Shown here one piece after another: positions 20,788 through 31,685 of a stretch of DNA of 64,000 nt. The notes under the pieces are model-generated. The model had not been told where the DNA came from, searched no databases, and saw nothing but the letters and a program-made list of their open reading frames with translations. Every line of letters starts with the position of its first letter. Positions within the stretch are counted from its first letter, which is position 1. The DNA comes from Trypanosoma brucei. Taxonomy: Eukaryota. The translations under genes were made by a program, and so were the position numbers. Location of the stretch: the NCBI GenBank assembly GCA_000002445.1, contig CP000071.1:1888001-1952000 (forward strand), in the 5' to 3' direction.

Positions 20788-21735
20788 TCAAGAACAGCCT
20801 TGTCTACACGTGTGTGGGGTAAACCTATGCGATTGATTGCATCCGCTGATGGACTTCATATCTGGAAAAGCTGCACTCGTCATGCGGGCTACGTAACTGG
20901 CAAACGGTTCACTTACAGCTAAAGCCGGGATGAGTTCCTCATGTCCTTCCATTAATGTCTTCGCCACATGCAACCACGCATACACCACAGCGTCATAACT
21001 TGTAGGAGTGTCTCCAAGTAAAAACGCACTCTTCTGCAGAAGCACATCCAAACACTTCACCTCTTGAAGAAATTGGCGTGTGTACTCCAGCGGCGGCAGT
21101 CGGTAATCTCCAGTGGTCTCAAGAACCTCCACAAGCGTGCGCCGCATGCCTTCCACTTTTTTGTGGGTGGACTCCTCATCCCGTGTGAATTCCTCCTCTA
21201 ACACACCTTCCAATAACTCGGGGTGATCAATCAACACTACTCGCTGTAAACCATAGTTGAGTGATGTTTCAACCATCCTTGTAACGACGCGACCAACAGC
21301 ATGGGATTCAGCGGATAGTTGATTATCCAAATCTACATCAAACTCGTTCATCAAGTAATGAATGATAACTTCACTATCACCCACTGCTACACCATCGTAC
21401 AAGATGAATGGCAACTTCCCGTTAGGAGATACAGTGGGGTCGTCGATGAAGTGCACAATGTATGAAATCTTCGCCAGTCGAAGAAAGGTTTCCACCTTAA
21501 AGCAATGCAAGAAACAATTAGGGCCGTGTGGCCAGCGGGGATGAATGAACAAATGTACAATGCCGTGCTCAAGACTATTAAGCATCACTTGCGTCATCAC
21601 ACGCTTCCTAAGTGCCTGAAGGAGTTTTGTGCAACGATACATGGCATAACCACACGCAGCAGCTGCAAATGCCGCACAACACAAAGGGTGCTCCCTATAC
21701 ATGCCTTGTAGCGCTCTGCTAGAACCTTCATTCAT
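20788..21735 (-). CDS. metaxin/FAXC-like GST-fold protein (paralog B of 17878..18792)
   Basis: First ATG at 21735 (track start is GTG). Clearly paralogous to A: FIHPRWPHGPNCFLHCFKVETFLRLAKISYIV versus FIYPRWHLGPSISLPCVAVETFLRLANVPYKV, and the shared C-terminal motif LGDxPTSYDxVVYA. Confidence 0.55.
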   Translation of the reverse strand: MNEGSSRALQGMYREHPLCCAAFAAAACGYAMYRCTKLLQALRKRVMTQVMLNSLEHGIVHLFIHPRWPHGPNCFLHCFKVETFLRLAKISYIVHFIDDPTVSPNGKLPFILYDGVAVGDSEVIIHYLMNEFDVDLDNQLSAESHAVGRVVTRMVETSLNYGLQRVVLIDHPELLEGVLEEEFTRDEESTHKKVEGMRRTLVEVLETTGDYRLPPLEYTRQFLQEVKCLDVLLQKSAFLLGDTPTSYDAVVYAWLHVAKTLMEGHEELIPALAVSEPFASYVARMTSAAFPDMKSISGCNQSHRFTPHTCRQGCS

Positions 21736-22362
21736 ATCTTTTTTTTTTGTTGTTGTTAAACGTGTGTTTGACAGATTCGTGGATTTTGAACACACTCTAA
21801 CTGTTTTTCCTGTTGTCTTCTTTTTTTTTTTCCTTCCTCTCTTTTTTCTTCTGCTGCTCCCGCTCTCTTGTATGTACCTGCAACGGAAATACGACTAAAC
21901 TAGTGAAGTATGGGGTCGACAGCAACGAAAAACAAAAGAAAGATCCAGCCGATGTATCTTTCTTTATTTCTTCCTTTTTATCTCCTTCTGACCTTCCGAT
22001 CGCCCACCTGACACCCTTCACACGTTACAGAAAAAAACAATGAGACGTAAAAAATGAAAAATAGCTCGTGAAGAAGGGAGTAAATAAATACACACGTAAA
22101 TATATGAATATCCCTAACTGGAACCAGTAAGGGTTGGATAAGTTCCTGCTTAATACACGTTGGAAGGGTTTGCAGTTACTCTGGTGCAAATCTAAAAATA
22201 CGAAACGCAAATAAAAAACATAATAAATCACGACTCGCAACCATCAGGGGCACAAACAATAATGAGGCAACCTGAAATGTAAAAAATATATACATATACC
22301 AAGAATGAAGAAAATAAAGAAAACAGGGTTATTAGGAGAGGGGGAAATACATAAATAAATAA

Positions 22363-22393
<31 letters not shown>

Positions 22394-22440
22394 CCCACGG
22401 GGTCTCATCATATTAGAAGCAAGACAAACACACACCTTTG

Positions 22441-23478
22441 CTACACCCCGTCGACCGCCTCAAAGAGAAGCGCCTCCTGTTCGGCCATGACCGACACAAG
22501 TTGGCGCCATTTCCTGAAGAGAATTACCTCCGCCTCATCAAGTAGCATTTTAGCGCGCTCTAAATTGGAACCGGTAAAATTAGTTGTGGCATTCGTTCGT
22601 ACTTCCGCGATGGTCCCATCACTTTTGCAATAATCGCCCACATCAACCGCCTCACCGCTGTTGTTTCCCCCTCTCATTTCCCTCCCATAAACGCCATGTG
22701 AGTCACTTCTCCGTTCCGCAGTCCCCACTGTTGACTTACAACCACCAAATAAAGGAGTGATATGGCCAGTAGTTGTGTCGTGCCGGTTGTCTAACCATTT
22801 AATTGCTTCGCCACTGTTCCCATGCATCGGTCCATTTGCATTACGGCGGGTGTTATCCGCGCACGGGGGAACTAACATCAAGTCAAACTTCACAGTAGCA
22901 GCCGTTCCTGACACTCCGGCTACAATTTGTGTCAAGGTCACACCACCAATGGGAGTACAAATGCGGAGGAACGCATCCCACAACTTCCCTTCCATATCAC
23001 ACAAAATACTCGCACCCCGCTCCGCATAGAATGCAGTTAATTCCGCTGCATTCCACCGTCCAATGAGTTCTAGCGCTGCCAAAAGCACTCCCTGATTGAG
23101 CATTAAACGCAGCAGTGCTCGCACACGCACATCTGCAGCGCTTTGCATGAAGGAAGACTTCACAACATACACGAGTTGTCCAGAGAACTTTAGACGATAC
23201 ATCGCCTTTCTCAGTGGACTTTTTGAACTTTCGTGTCGCGCAATCTTGCCGCACACGACCCTAAGAGTCTCGAGAACAGACCACAGATCAATTCCTTCGC
23301 ATAGGCCACGAGAAAGTACATTAATTAACTCCGTGATGAGCAGTTCCGCCACCTCCGCCATATATACGAGTTCGCCTTCGCGGCCACTAGAACGAGGAGC
23401 CGAAATATCACCATAATTTTTTACCGTGCGAGGGGAAAAAAGCAAAACGCTCTTCACCGCCGACTGCAGTGAATCCAT
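22441..23478 (-). CDS. hypothetical protein (345 aa from first ATG)
   Basis: ATG at 23478 (track start 23550 is TTG). Purine-rich on the plus strand, so a polypyrimidine tract on the coding strand just upstream (about 23600..23680). No domain recognised. Confidence 0.45.
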   Translation of the reverse strand: MDSLQSAVKSVLLFSPRTVKNYGDISAPRSSGREGELVYMAEVAELLITELINVLSRGLCEGIDLWSVLETLRVVCGKIARHESSKSPLRKAMYRLKFSGQLVYVVKSSFMQSAADVRVRALLRLMLNQGVLLAALELIGRWNAAELTAFYAERGASILCDMEGKLWDAFLRICTPIGGVTLTQIVAGVSGTAATVKFDLMLVPPCADNTRRNANGPMHGNSGEAIKWLDNRHDTTTGHITPLFGGCKSTVGTAERRSDSHGVYGREMRGGNNSGEAVDVGDYCKSDGTIAEVRTNATTNFTGSNLERAKMLLDEAEVILFRKWRQLVSVMAEQEALLFEAVDGV

Positions 23479-23910
23479 GACGTCGCGGCAACAGGGATGA
23501 ATACAATGCAGTGCACTACACTTATATTTCCTCGTAGTTGAAAGCTCCAAAGAAGGAACTTAAGGTATCAAGGCATAACTCGGCAGATAGGGTCGTCTCG
23601 TTGGACTAGCAGAACATGGAATGACGGGATAAGTTGGGAAGAAAAAAAAAAAGAAACGCACAAAGGATGGAAAAGCAGTGCTGACAATACCACTTCCTCC
23701 CCACTTAGTATCGCAAGAATGCCAAAGTGCACAAACATGTACACATGCACTTAGATAGAAATTACTGAGGATATTCCAAGGCAACTTCGGTATTTTACCT
23801 TCACAGAAGTAGGGTAGAGTGGAAGCCGCACGACAGCAAAATCAACGGCTTCCACGTCAGGTGCTGCCGTCGCATTAAAATCTACACCCACAACATCCTG
23901 ATAATTGCCT

Positions 23911-25026
23911 CTAGGCACCAACAAGCACATTTACAGCAACATCTACCTGTCCACCGGCCGCTGACAAAGCATGTCGAATGTCTTCAGCACTAAATCCCAT
24001 TCCCAATTCCATTATCTGAGCGACACGTTCATCCACTTCAACGTCACCAACGCGACCGCCGACGGGCCGATGGGTGGTCTGTTGATTACCTGTGGGATTT
24101 TGCCCCTCCCGCTGCGGCATGGGCCTCGCGTTGCGTCGGTGTCGAGCACCCCCTGATGACCACAACCCGAATGCTTCATCGTCATTCATATAACCTCCTT
24201 CAACCAAATTATCCACGGTGTAGCGGCCGTCTGTTGCCGCCCTTACATTTCCCGCCCGTTTGAGTGGCTTTAATTCCACTGTGGGACTCTGACCACCGAC
24301 TATGTTGAGAATTGGTTTCAGTAACCGCATGACAGGACGACACACACGCCGGCTGAACAAACCTAAGAACCATGCCAATGGCCCCTGCCGTCCCGAGGCG
24401 AGACCGAAAACAACTCCCAGAAGGGTAAGCACCAGGCGAGTGTAGAGGCCCGCATCCGCACGAATTACGCTCCCGCGAAGGCGTGACGTCCGCATCGGGA
24501 GTTCCGTTTCAGGGCACACAATTAGTTTCAACATCGACAATGTCAGCAGCGGCTTCGAAATTATTGCTAGAGGGAACGAAAAAGACTCCCACGCGTCGAG
24601 CGATGGCACCTCCATGATGAAACGCGTCACAAGTGAGGCTAGCGGCATGAGTGACCCGGCTGCGGATAGGACTTGAAGCTGTTCGAATGGCAACGACAAG
24701 GAAGATCCCCTAACAACACAGACGTTGATAATAAATGAACTTATCATTGCAGTTGTCACAACGAAGGCGAGAAAAGACGCTGATCCCCATCGTCGTTCCA
24801 GTTTACGCATCTGTATAATTATGAACAACGCACAACCAAGATCAAAAATGGAGATCCCCAATGTCCCCAGTGGAAATGTGAGTATTGGGAAGCGCTTGAT
24901 GGTGGCTGTCCAGCCCAGTACAGTGCGAGAAGATTGCGAAACCACGTGACCACGAATCGCAGCACTTGAGTAATACACGGAAATGCCTATCAGAAACCCC
25001 GTGATGGGGGCGTGTGCTAATGCCAT
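23911..25026 (-). CDS. rhomboid-like multi-pass membrane protein with C-terminal UBA domain (UBAC2/Dsc2-like)
   Basis: Six or seven hydrophobic segments. The C-terminal 40 aa (VAQIMELGMGFSAEDIRHALSAAGGQVDVAVNVLV) is a canonical UBA fold motif (MGF..xxAL.....G.V..A...L). ATG at 25026. Confidence 0.55.
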   Translation of the reverse strand: MALAHAPITGFLIGISVYYSSAAIRGHVVSQSSRTVLGWTATIKRFPILTFPLGTLGISIFDLGCALFIIIQMRKLERRWGSASFLAFVVTTAMISSFIINVCVVRGSSLSLPFEQLQVLSAAGSLMPLASLVTRFIMEVPSLDAWESFSFPLAIISKPLLTLSMLKLIVCPETELPMRTSRLRGSVIRADAGLYTRLVLTLLGVVFGLASGRQGPLAWFLGLFSRRVCRPVMRLLKPILNIVGGQSPTVELKPLKRAGNVRAATDGRYTVDNLVEGGYMNDDEAFGLWSSGGARHRRNARPMPQREGQNPTGNQQTTHRPVGGRVGDVEVDERVAQIMELGMGFSAEDIRHALSAAGGQVDVAVNVLVGA

Positions 25027-25765
25027 CACTCAATCTTTCTTTGCACCTATGCTTGTATGTGCGCGGGGTCAATAAAAATTTTAAAATATATATATATATA
25101 TATATATATACGTTTTAATATTTGTGGGCGTATTTCCCTTTTCTGTTGGTATTATTTCCCTCCACCCGTCGATTGCTCTCGTCGTACGAGGAAACCTGTG
25201 GGACAAAAATAAGAACAGATGTTAGAATAGGGGAAGTAGCGCATGTGTGTGTATGTGTATGTATGTATTTGGCGGGACAATGTTGGTTGCATTTAGAGGA
25301 ATAAGCAAAATAACAGAAAAAGTAAGACACAGTGAGAATTCAGATGCACAATGAAAGCGATATGCTTAAAAGCACTTGTAAAATAGATTCGACGAGGTTG
25401 CATCAGTAAGTAGTGGAAAATGAGGAAGATGGGCACCCGTGCTCGCGGTTTATGTGCATTTATATATATGTACATAATTGCATGCGAAAGCACAAAAAAA
25501 ACAAAAAGAGTTAAAAAGATATGAAAGGAATTATTAGAGGCTGTAAAGGAAGAAAAATAACTACGGAATATGTAAAACTTTCCCTTTTTCTCCGCTAAAT
25601 AACTTTCACTGCGCCTGCTAGGCGGTGACATTACACTAATGATTCCCTTCCTTCAAATAAAAAACCTCTCTGCACTTACTCTCCCTCTGTCCATTTCAAA
25701 CGGACGACCAAAAAAAAAAGAAAAGAAACTGAAAGAGGACAGATGGTGGCATTATAATCAAAAAA

Positions 25766-25800
<35 letters not shown>

Positions 25801-27538
25801 TATATATTACATATATGTTGAGGCTACACCAATTCAGTTAAAGTACTTCAGAAAGGAAACAACTAGTCACATCACAAAAGAAAAAAAAACACAAAGAGGG
25901 ATGCGCTCGTTGTGACGGTGTACCGCAGAGTCACGAAGAAAAACAAAGAGGGGGAAAAAGGGAAGGCAGTGGAAATAAGTAAGTAAGTGAAACAAAAATT
26001 AAAAAAAAACAAAAAAGAAAAGGAAAGAAAAGAAAAGAAAAGAAAAAAACAAAAAAGGCAAAAAAGAAAAGGAAGATGCACAGACGGAGCCGAAGAGGTG
26101 TTTCTCTTTAACACGTGTCTCCCTTGCCCCATAACCGTCCTAAAAGTAGGAAAACAAAAAGCAAAAAAAAAAAAACAGCAGCAGATTGGTTACAACAACA
26201 ATAACTACAGTAACAACTGTAGCTATCATAACAATAGCAGTAAGGAAAGTAAAAAAAATTAAAATTAAAATTAAAAAAGTAAGGTTAATAAGGTTTAAAA
26301 GATCAGTAACATTAATGCGAATGTTAATGATGATACAAAAAAAGAGGGGGGAAGAACAAGGAAGTGAGAAAAGAAAAGAAAAGAAAAGAAAAAAAGACAA
26401 AAGGGTAGCAGAGGCAATCGTTTATCTATTTTGAAGTATGTGCCTTATTTCCCCGTTCCGATGATATTCTCCGCTTCAACATTAATCAAAATATTTTAAA
26501 TATAAATACATCGGTTCTTCTAAATTATATATATGTATATTATTATTATTATTATAAATTTAGTTACTTGCTTATCCTCGTTTCACTTTCATTCTTTTAA
26601 CGGCATCAAAAAAAAAAAATTGAGCCTCCCGAGAGCCGCTAAACTCATCACTACATTTTAAACTACCATAATCAGAAGAAAAAAAAAGGAAACTAATGCA
26701 ACTCAACTACGCATACACTTCCATATATTTGTACCTATTTGTGTTTAGTTTTGTCTTTTCATAGTCTCGTTTGGTTCCGGAAAAGTACCAGATTAGGTGA
26801 AGTTAACGTTAAAGTTTCTTTGAGGGACACCAAATAATAGGAAAATGACAAAAACAAAACAAAGAACCGGAGATGAAGGGGGGGGCAAAAAAAAAAAAAA
26901 AACGCAACCTGAACCAAAAGAAAGAGGGGAAAACGGGAGGAATACGAAAGAGTGAAAGGCGCGTGCGTTCCAAGAGGAAAAAAAAAAGGGGCCACAATAT
27001 AAAATAAACGGAGACACGGTAATTCTAAGGAGCGTACGGTACAATTTCCGTTTAGAAAGTTCTTGAGAATTTACTCTTTTTCTTTTTAATTTTCATAATA
27101 ATACTTTGTAATATCGGGAACACATGCACATATATACACACATACATGCATGCGTATTGAATTGGTTCTCTTCCTTTAATCCAATAATTCTCCCCGCAGT
27201 CACACCAAAAATCATACGGGACTTCAAACATCATTTTCTTTTCTTTTCTCTTTCTTTTTTACTTTACTTTTTGTTTTGCTTTGTTTTGTTTTCTCCCCTT
27301 CTCTTTTTCTTCCTTTCACTCAATCTCCATATCCTAGAACCGTATCTCCCTTCTGTTTCACGATTACCACAAATTGGAAAATAAAGTACTTGTAAATGTT
27401 TCTCCTTTCTTTCTTTTCTCTCACTCTCTCACTCTTTTATTTTTTTTCCCCCCTTAGTCTGCTTCTTTCTTTTTTTCTCCTTTTTGTGTGTATGCGTAGA
27501 CATATATATATATATGTATATCATCCCCGAACATTTAT

Positions 27539-28252
27539 TTATGACAAATGCTTTCCAGGCGTATGCTGATGAATCAGTTGACCCATTTGTCTCCTCTGTT
27601 CCTCCATTACATGCTGATGAAACTCTTGTGATGTGCTGCAGGAGCCACGGCGTGCGGGTTCCCCCACGTAAAAGTTTGGAAGCGGTAACTTTCCAGTTGT
27701 CGTTGCCGTTGGTATTTCAGTTGTTCGTGGCACATCAGCCGGTGTTCCATCTTGCATAAATCCCCAATTCTCCCGAAATATCGACTGAGAGACTCCCTTC
27801 GGTGTCATGAATTGTGGGGAAGATGAGCTCCAAGATGCGCCACAAGGGAGGTGTTGAGGGTTACGTGTGATACCGCTGCAACTTGGGCCCGTTGCTCCGG
27901 GGAGATGAGCAAACCATGTCCCATCTGAGCTGGAAAGAACATAAAAGGGTTGGCGGTGACTTGTTGAACTGTTTCTGGAAGCGTTGGCAGCTCCTTTCGC
28001 TGTTGCCGTTGCCGTTGCCGGGCCACTACCGCTGCTGCTGATATCATGTGCACAATTGTGCCTACTATTGGATACGTCTTCGCATGGGTTCATTTGCAAC
28101 AATATATCCACTGTGGAGAGCCGTCTTGGGGAGGCACCTCCAGCTCCATTTGAATTCACGTGAATATTCCGAGACATTCTTATCAACCCCAGCAGTTTCT
28201 CAGGATATGTATAATAAAGGTGATTTGAACATTTAGAAGGGGTGTGAGACAA
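27539..28252 (-). CDS. questionable Ser/Thr/Gly-rich ORF (237 aa) inside a long spacer
   Basis: It is GC-richer than the surrounding AT-rich spacer and on the same strand as the block. The composition is low-complexity and no domain is recognised, so it could be a chance ORF. Confidence 0.2.
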   Translation of the reverse strand: MSHTPSKCSNHLYYTYPEKLLGLIRMSRNIHVNSNGAGGASPRRLSTVDILLQMNPCEDVSNSRHNCAHDISSSGSGPATATATAKGAANASRNSSTSHRQPFYVLSSSDGTWFAHLPGATGPSCSGITRNPQHLPCGASWSSSSPQFMTPKGVSQSIFRENWGFMQDGTPADVPRTTEIPTATTTGKLPLPNFYVGEPARRGSCSTSQEFHQHVMEEQRRQMGQLIHQHTPGKHLS

Positions 28253-29870
28253 AATAGAGAAAAAAAAAAAGAGGAAGAAGAAGAGAGATGGAAATTAAAT
28301 GTGGTAAAATATCGTGCAAAGTAAACAACAGTATATATCATAAGAATAAAAACCATAACAGTAATAACAAAAATAATGACAAACAAGCAGTTAAATCACA
28401 AACCAAATCAGCAGAGGAGATGAAAGAAGCGCCGGATGATGGTGGACGAATGGGCAACGTCAGACGCTTTTGCTTGACGCGATAACTTCTATATGCATCT
28501 GTTATGTTTATTCCGTGACCCTCCCCTTCCCCTCCTCTCTCTTTTTCCCCCCTCAATACGTCACCCCAACCAACAGCACCAACTAAGTTTTTAAATACGT
28601 ATATATATATATATACAACAAGGAGGAAATATTGTGAAAGAATGCCTTGGTACGGTGATATTACCTCAAACCACGTGGGGTGCTGCCACACCAAAAAATT
28701 ATTTCAGCCCCTCCCCCCCCCTCGGCCGCCCGGTCAGCCGCCTGTAAGTCAAAGCTTCTTCGAAGCAAACCGAAGGACCTCATGCAGCAGTAAAACAACA
28801 AAGAGACTAAATGAAAAGAGGGAGAGGAAAAAAGAAAAAAAACACAGTCCCCTTCTGCGCTGTGCAGCGGGAGCACTTCTGAAAGCATTACTGCATCTGC
28901 ACCGTCATTTATTCCTCAAACATCGGACCACGGGTCCCCACTTGGTGCTATGGAGAACTATCAAATTGACTACCCAGTTTAACACACAAATACAAACACA
29001 TGCATCTTCCCACTAATGGTTCAGTGAAAGTCTTCCGACCCAAACACACACACACACACACAACCACACACACAACTTAATGCACTTTTCATTCTTCCCA
29101 CATATATACGGAAGAACAACAAGTACGAATTGTGTGTGTGGTTGTGTCTTCTTCCTATTTTACCTTATATTCAGTTTTGTCATTTTCATCAACATCCCGT
29201 CCCCTGCACTTCTCCCCCCTTCTCCCCTTCTCCTCCTCTCCTTTTCTTTCTTTTTTCGTCATGAAAAAATCTACGTTTATCTTAACTATCACCTTTTGGT
29301 CATTATCTCTTCATCCTGACACAGTTAGCTGTTATTGTTTTCTTTTCTGCTTGATGAAAGAATTCCTTCATCATATCAGTGATTTGAGCAGAAGCTACTT
29401 CTTTTAAATTCCCTCCCCCCTTTTTTAATAATGATCATAATAATTAAAATAAAATAAAACCGTTCGCCCTGAAGAGGAGAAAAGAAAGGGAGAAGGGTCC
29501 AGAGAGGGGGAAAAAAAAAGAGAACGTTGGGGAGGGAAGGGGGAAACAAACATTGAGCACGATGTCAACCTGATCCACGAAACCGAAATGACGAAGGCGG
29601 TATAAGACGCGGCAGGGAATTTTTTATAAAAAAAAAAGAAATCAGACCGGGAATTTTATAACTAATACACCAAAAAACAAATAGAGGGTGGAACACACAA
29701 GAAGAAACGGATACGGTAGGGTCCGTATGTTAGACCCGACAAACCTAACCAGATGAAAGACCTGTATGCATGTATATGTATATATATATATATATGTTTA
29801 TGTAAATTTGTAAATGTGTACCACCTTCACCCATCTATTTTATTTATTCCGATTTCGTACATAAACTAAA

Positions 29871-31685
29871 TCAAAGGGACGAGGCCCTCCTGAACAGCTC
29901 CGCAGCAGTTTCCGGCTGTTCAGGCTCCTCGAAACTTCCCGTGTCCCTCACAATATGTTTCAGCAGGCCGTACGAGTACCAGTGGCAATATGACCACCAG
30001 TTAATTAAGTACGGGTCGTAGTAAAATGCAGAACGGGACCGCTCACTAAGACCCTCGTCAAGTGACATGGTATTCGTCGCGGCAAAAACCCATTCAGTAC
30101 ATGTAAAGGCAACAAACTGCCGGTTAAGGTCCTTTGCACGAAAAAGGGCTCGCTTCAGTTTCTTCACATTTTCCCGCTTGCTTTTGGACCCGATTGGCTC
30201 CGGAAGGTCGGCCAGGAATGCGAGGGCATGAGAAGGAACCTCGCGGCAGAGAAAAAATTTCATGGCGTAGAGAAGACGGGACTCCATAAATTGCACACTG
30301 ACGGGTCCGAGGGCTTTGGGATGGCGCTTTTTCGCACTCCAGTACTCTATCGATGCGTCAGACATCCTACGCCATGTAATATGGTTGTGTGAATGCGAAG
30401 TGGATGCCTGGTAAATAAATGGTACACTAGTTCCATACACATCCGAACCTGCCATGGCCACGACAGGACCACCGGTGTCACGCTGTTGCTGTTGTTGCTG
30501 TCCTTGGTCATTATCATTATTGATGTGGCCACCGCCGTTGTTACTGGCATGATTTTGTTGTTGTTGTTGCTGCTGAAAAATGGAAGCCGGATTGCCTTCG
30601 TAAACTCCTTTAAGGGCACCTTTGCCGGTGCCATTTAACTGTTTCGCTGCTGTCAAGGGGTTAAGCAGGCCTTGGGCGGTACTTGCAGCAGTGGATCTCT
30701 CCCTTGCGTGCTCATCAACATTCACAACTTTGGGTGTGTTGCCCTTGAAGTGTGTTTTTGCCTGGAAGAGGGCCTTTAAGATGACGTTAACGACAAAATC
30801 AACTGGCACAATATCTGCAATGGCCCCCTGGCGGCAAACGAGCTCCCGTACCAAACCCAACCCACAAGTTAAAATGAGACCACCAGCGGCCGTCAGGGCA
30901 TCAACCCATCCTGGAAATGGTTCTTTAAGGCTACATCCCACAATGGATGGCCGCACAATTACCAAAGGACAGTTTCCCTTATTTTCATTCAAAAGCTGCT
31001 CTCCTATGAATTTAGTGAAGGTATATGTGTTGGGAAATCCATACTTCTTGAGCAGATCACGGCCCACGGTGTCTATTTCCTTATCGTTGAGCGCTAAAAT
31101 GTGTTTGCACATCCCCTGGGGGTCGAACGGAGGCGAGTAGAGACATTCCTCGACGGGTCTCCCTTGTACGCTATAATTAACATAACACGTCGAAACATGA
31201 ACCATTGCCTCAAGATTTTTGCACTCTTTAGCCAAGGTGAGCACACGAAGAGAGCCCAGCGTATTGGTTTCCACCGCTATATTAAGTCTCTCATCAAAGT
31301 TGACGGTTGCCGCCATGTGTACAATAAAATGCGTGTGGTTGATGAGCGTCTGGCGATCCTTGTCACTGAGACCAATACGATTATCAACAATGTTTCCTTC
31401 AATGGCCACTACACGCGAACCCAATGCGTTGAAGGCAGCCTCCCCCATACTTTTCCGAAGTGGGTCAAAACACGGTGAGCTGAGCACCTCCAACTTTACT
31501 CGCTCCTGAGGGTTGAGATATCGCTTCAACCTTCTCGAATTCTTTCCTCGTGCGAGAACATAAATATAACCAACGTCCGGAAACTCTTTCATGATTTTGT
31601 AAATGAGTACTTTCCCCATGAACCCCGTTCCTCCAGTGAGAAAGAAGTTTTTGCGTGAAAACGCTTCATGGACGTCGAGTGGCAT
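29871..31685 (-). CDS. fatty acyl-CoA reductase (NAD_binding_4 plus C-terminal FAR 'sterile' domain), ether-lipid pathway type
   Basis: ATG at 31685 (MPLDVHEAF..). Rossmann motif FLTGGTGFMGKVLIYKIM, the YxxxK-type region (TNTYTFTKFIGE), and a C-terminal FAR domain. Carries an internal Q/N/G-rich insertion (QQQQQQNHASNNGGGHINNDNDQGQQQQQQ). Confidence 0.85.
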   Translation of the reverse strand: MPLDVHEAFSRKNFFLTGGTGFMGKVLIYKIMKEFPDVGYIYVLARGKNSRRLKRYLNPQERVKLEVLSSPCFDPLRKSMGEAAFNALGSRVVAIEGNIVDNRIGLSDKDRQTLINHTHFIVHMAATVNFDERLNIAVETNTLGSLRVLTLAKECKNLEAMVHVSTCYVNYSVQGRPVEECLYSPPFDPQGMCKHILALNDKEIDTVGRDLLKKYGFPNTYTFTKFIGEQLLNENKGNCPLVIVRPSIVGCSLKEPFPGWVDALTAAGGLILTCGLGLVRELVCRQGAIADIVPVDFVVNVILKALFQAKTHFKGNTPKVVNVDEHARERSTAASTAQGLLNPLTAAKQLNGTGKGALKGVYEGNPASIFQQQQQQQNHASNNGGGHINNDNDQGQQQQQQRDTGGPVVAMAGSDVYGTSVPFIYQASTSHSHNHITWRRMSDASIEYWSAKKRHPKALGPVSVQFMESRLLYAMKFFLCREVPSHALAFLADLPEPIGSKSKRENVKKLKRALFRAKDLNRQFVAFTCTEWVFAATNTMSLDEGLSERSRSAFYYDPYLINWWSYCHWYSYGLLKHIVRDTGSFEEPEQPETAAELFRRASSL

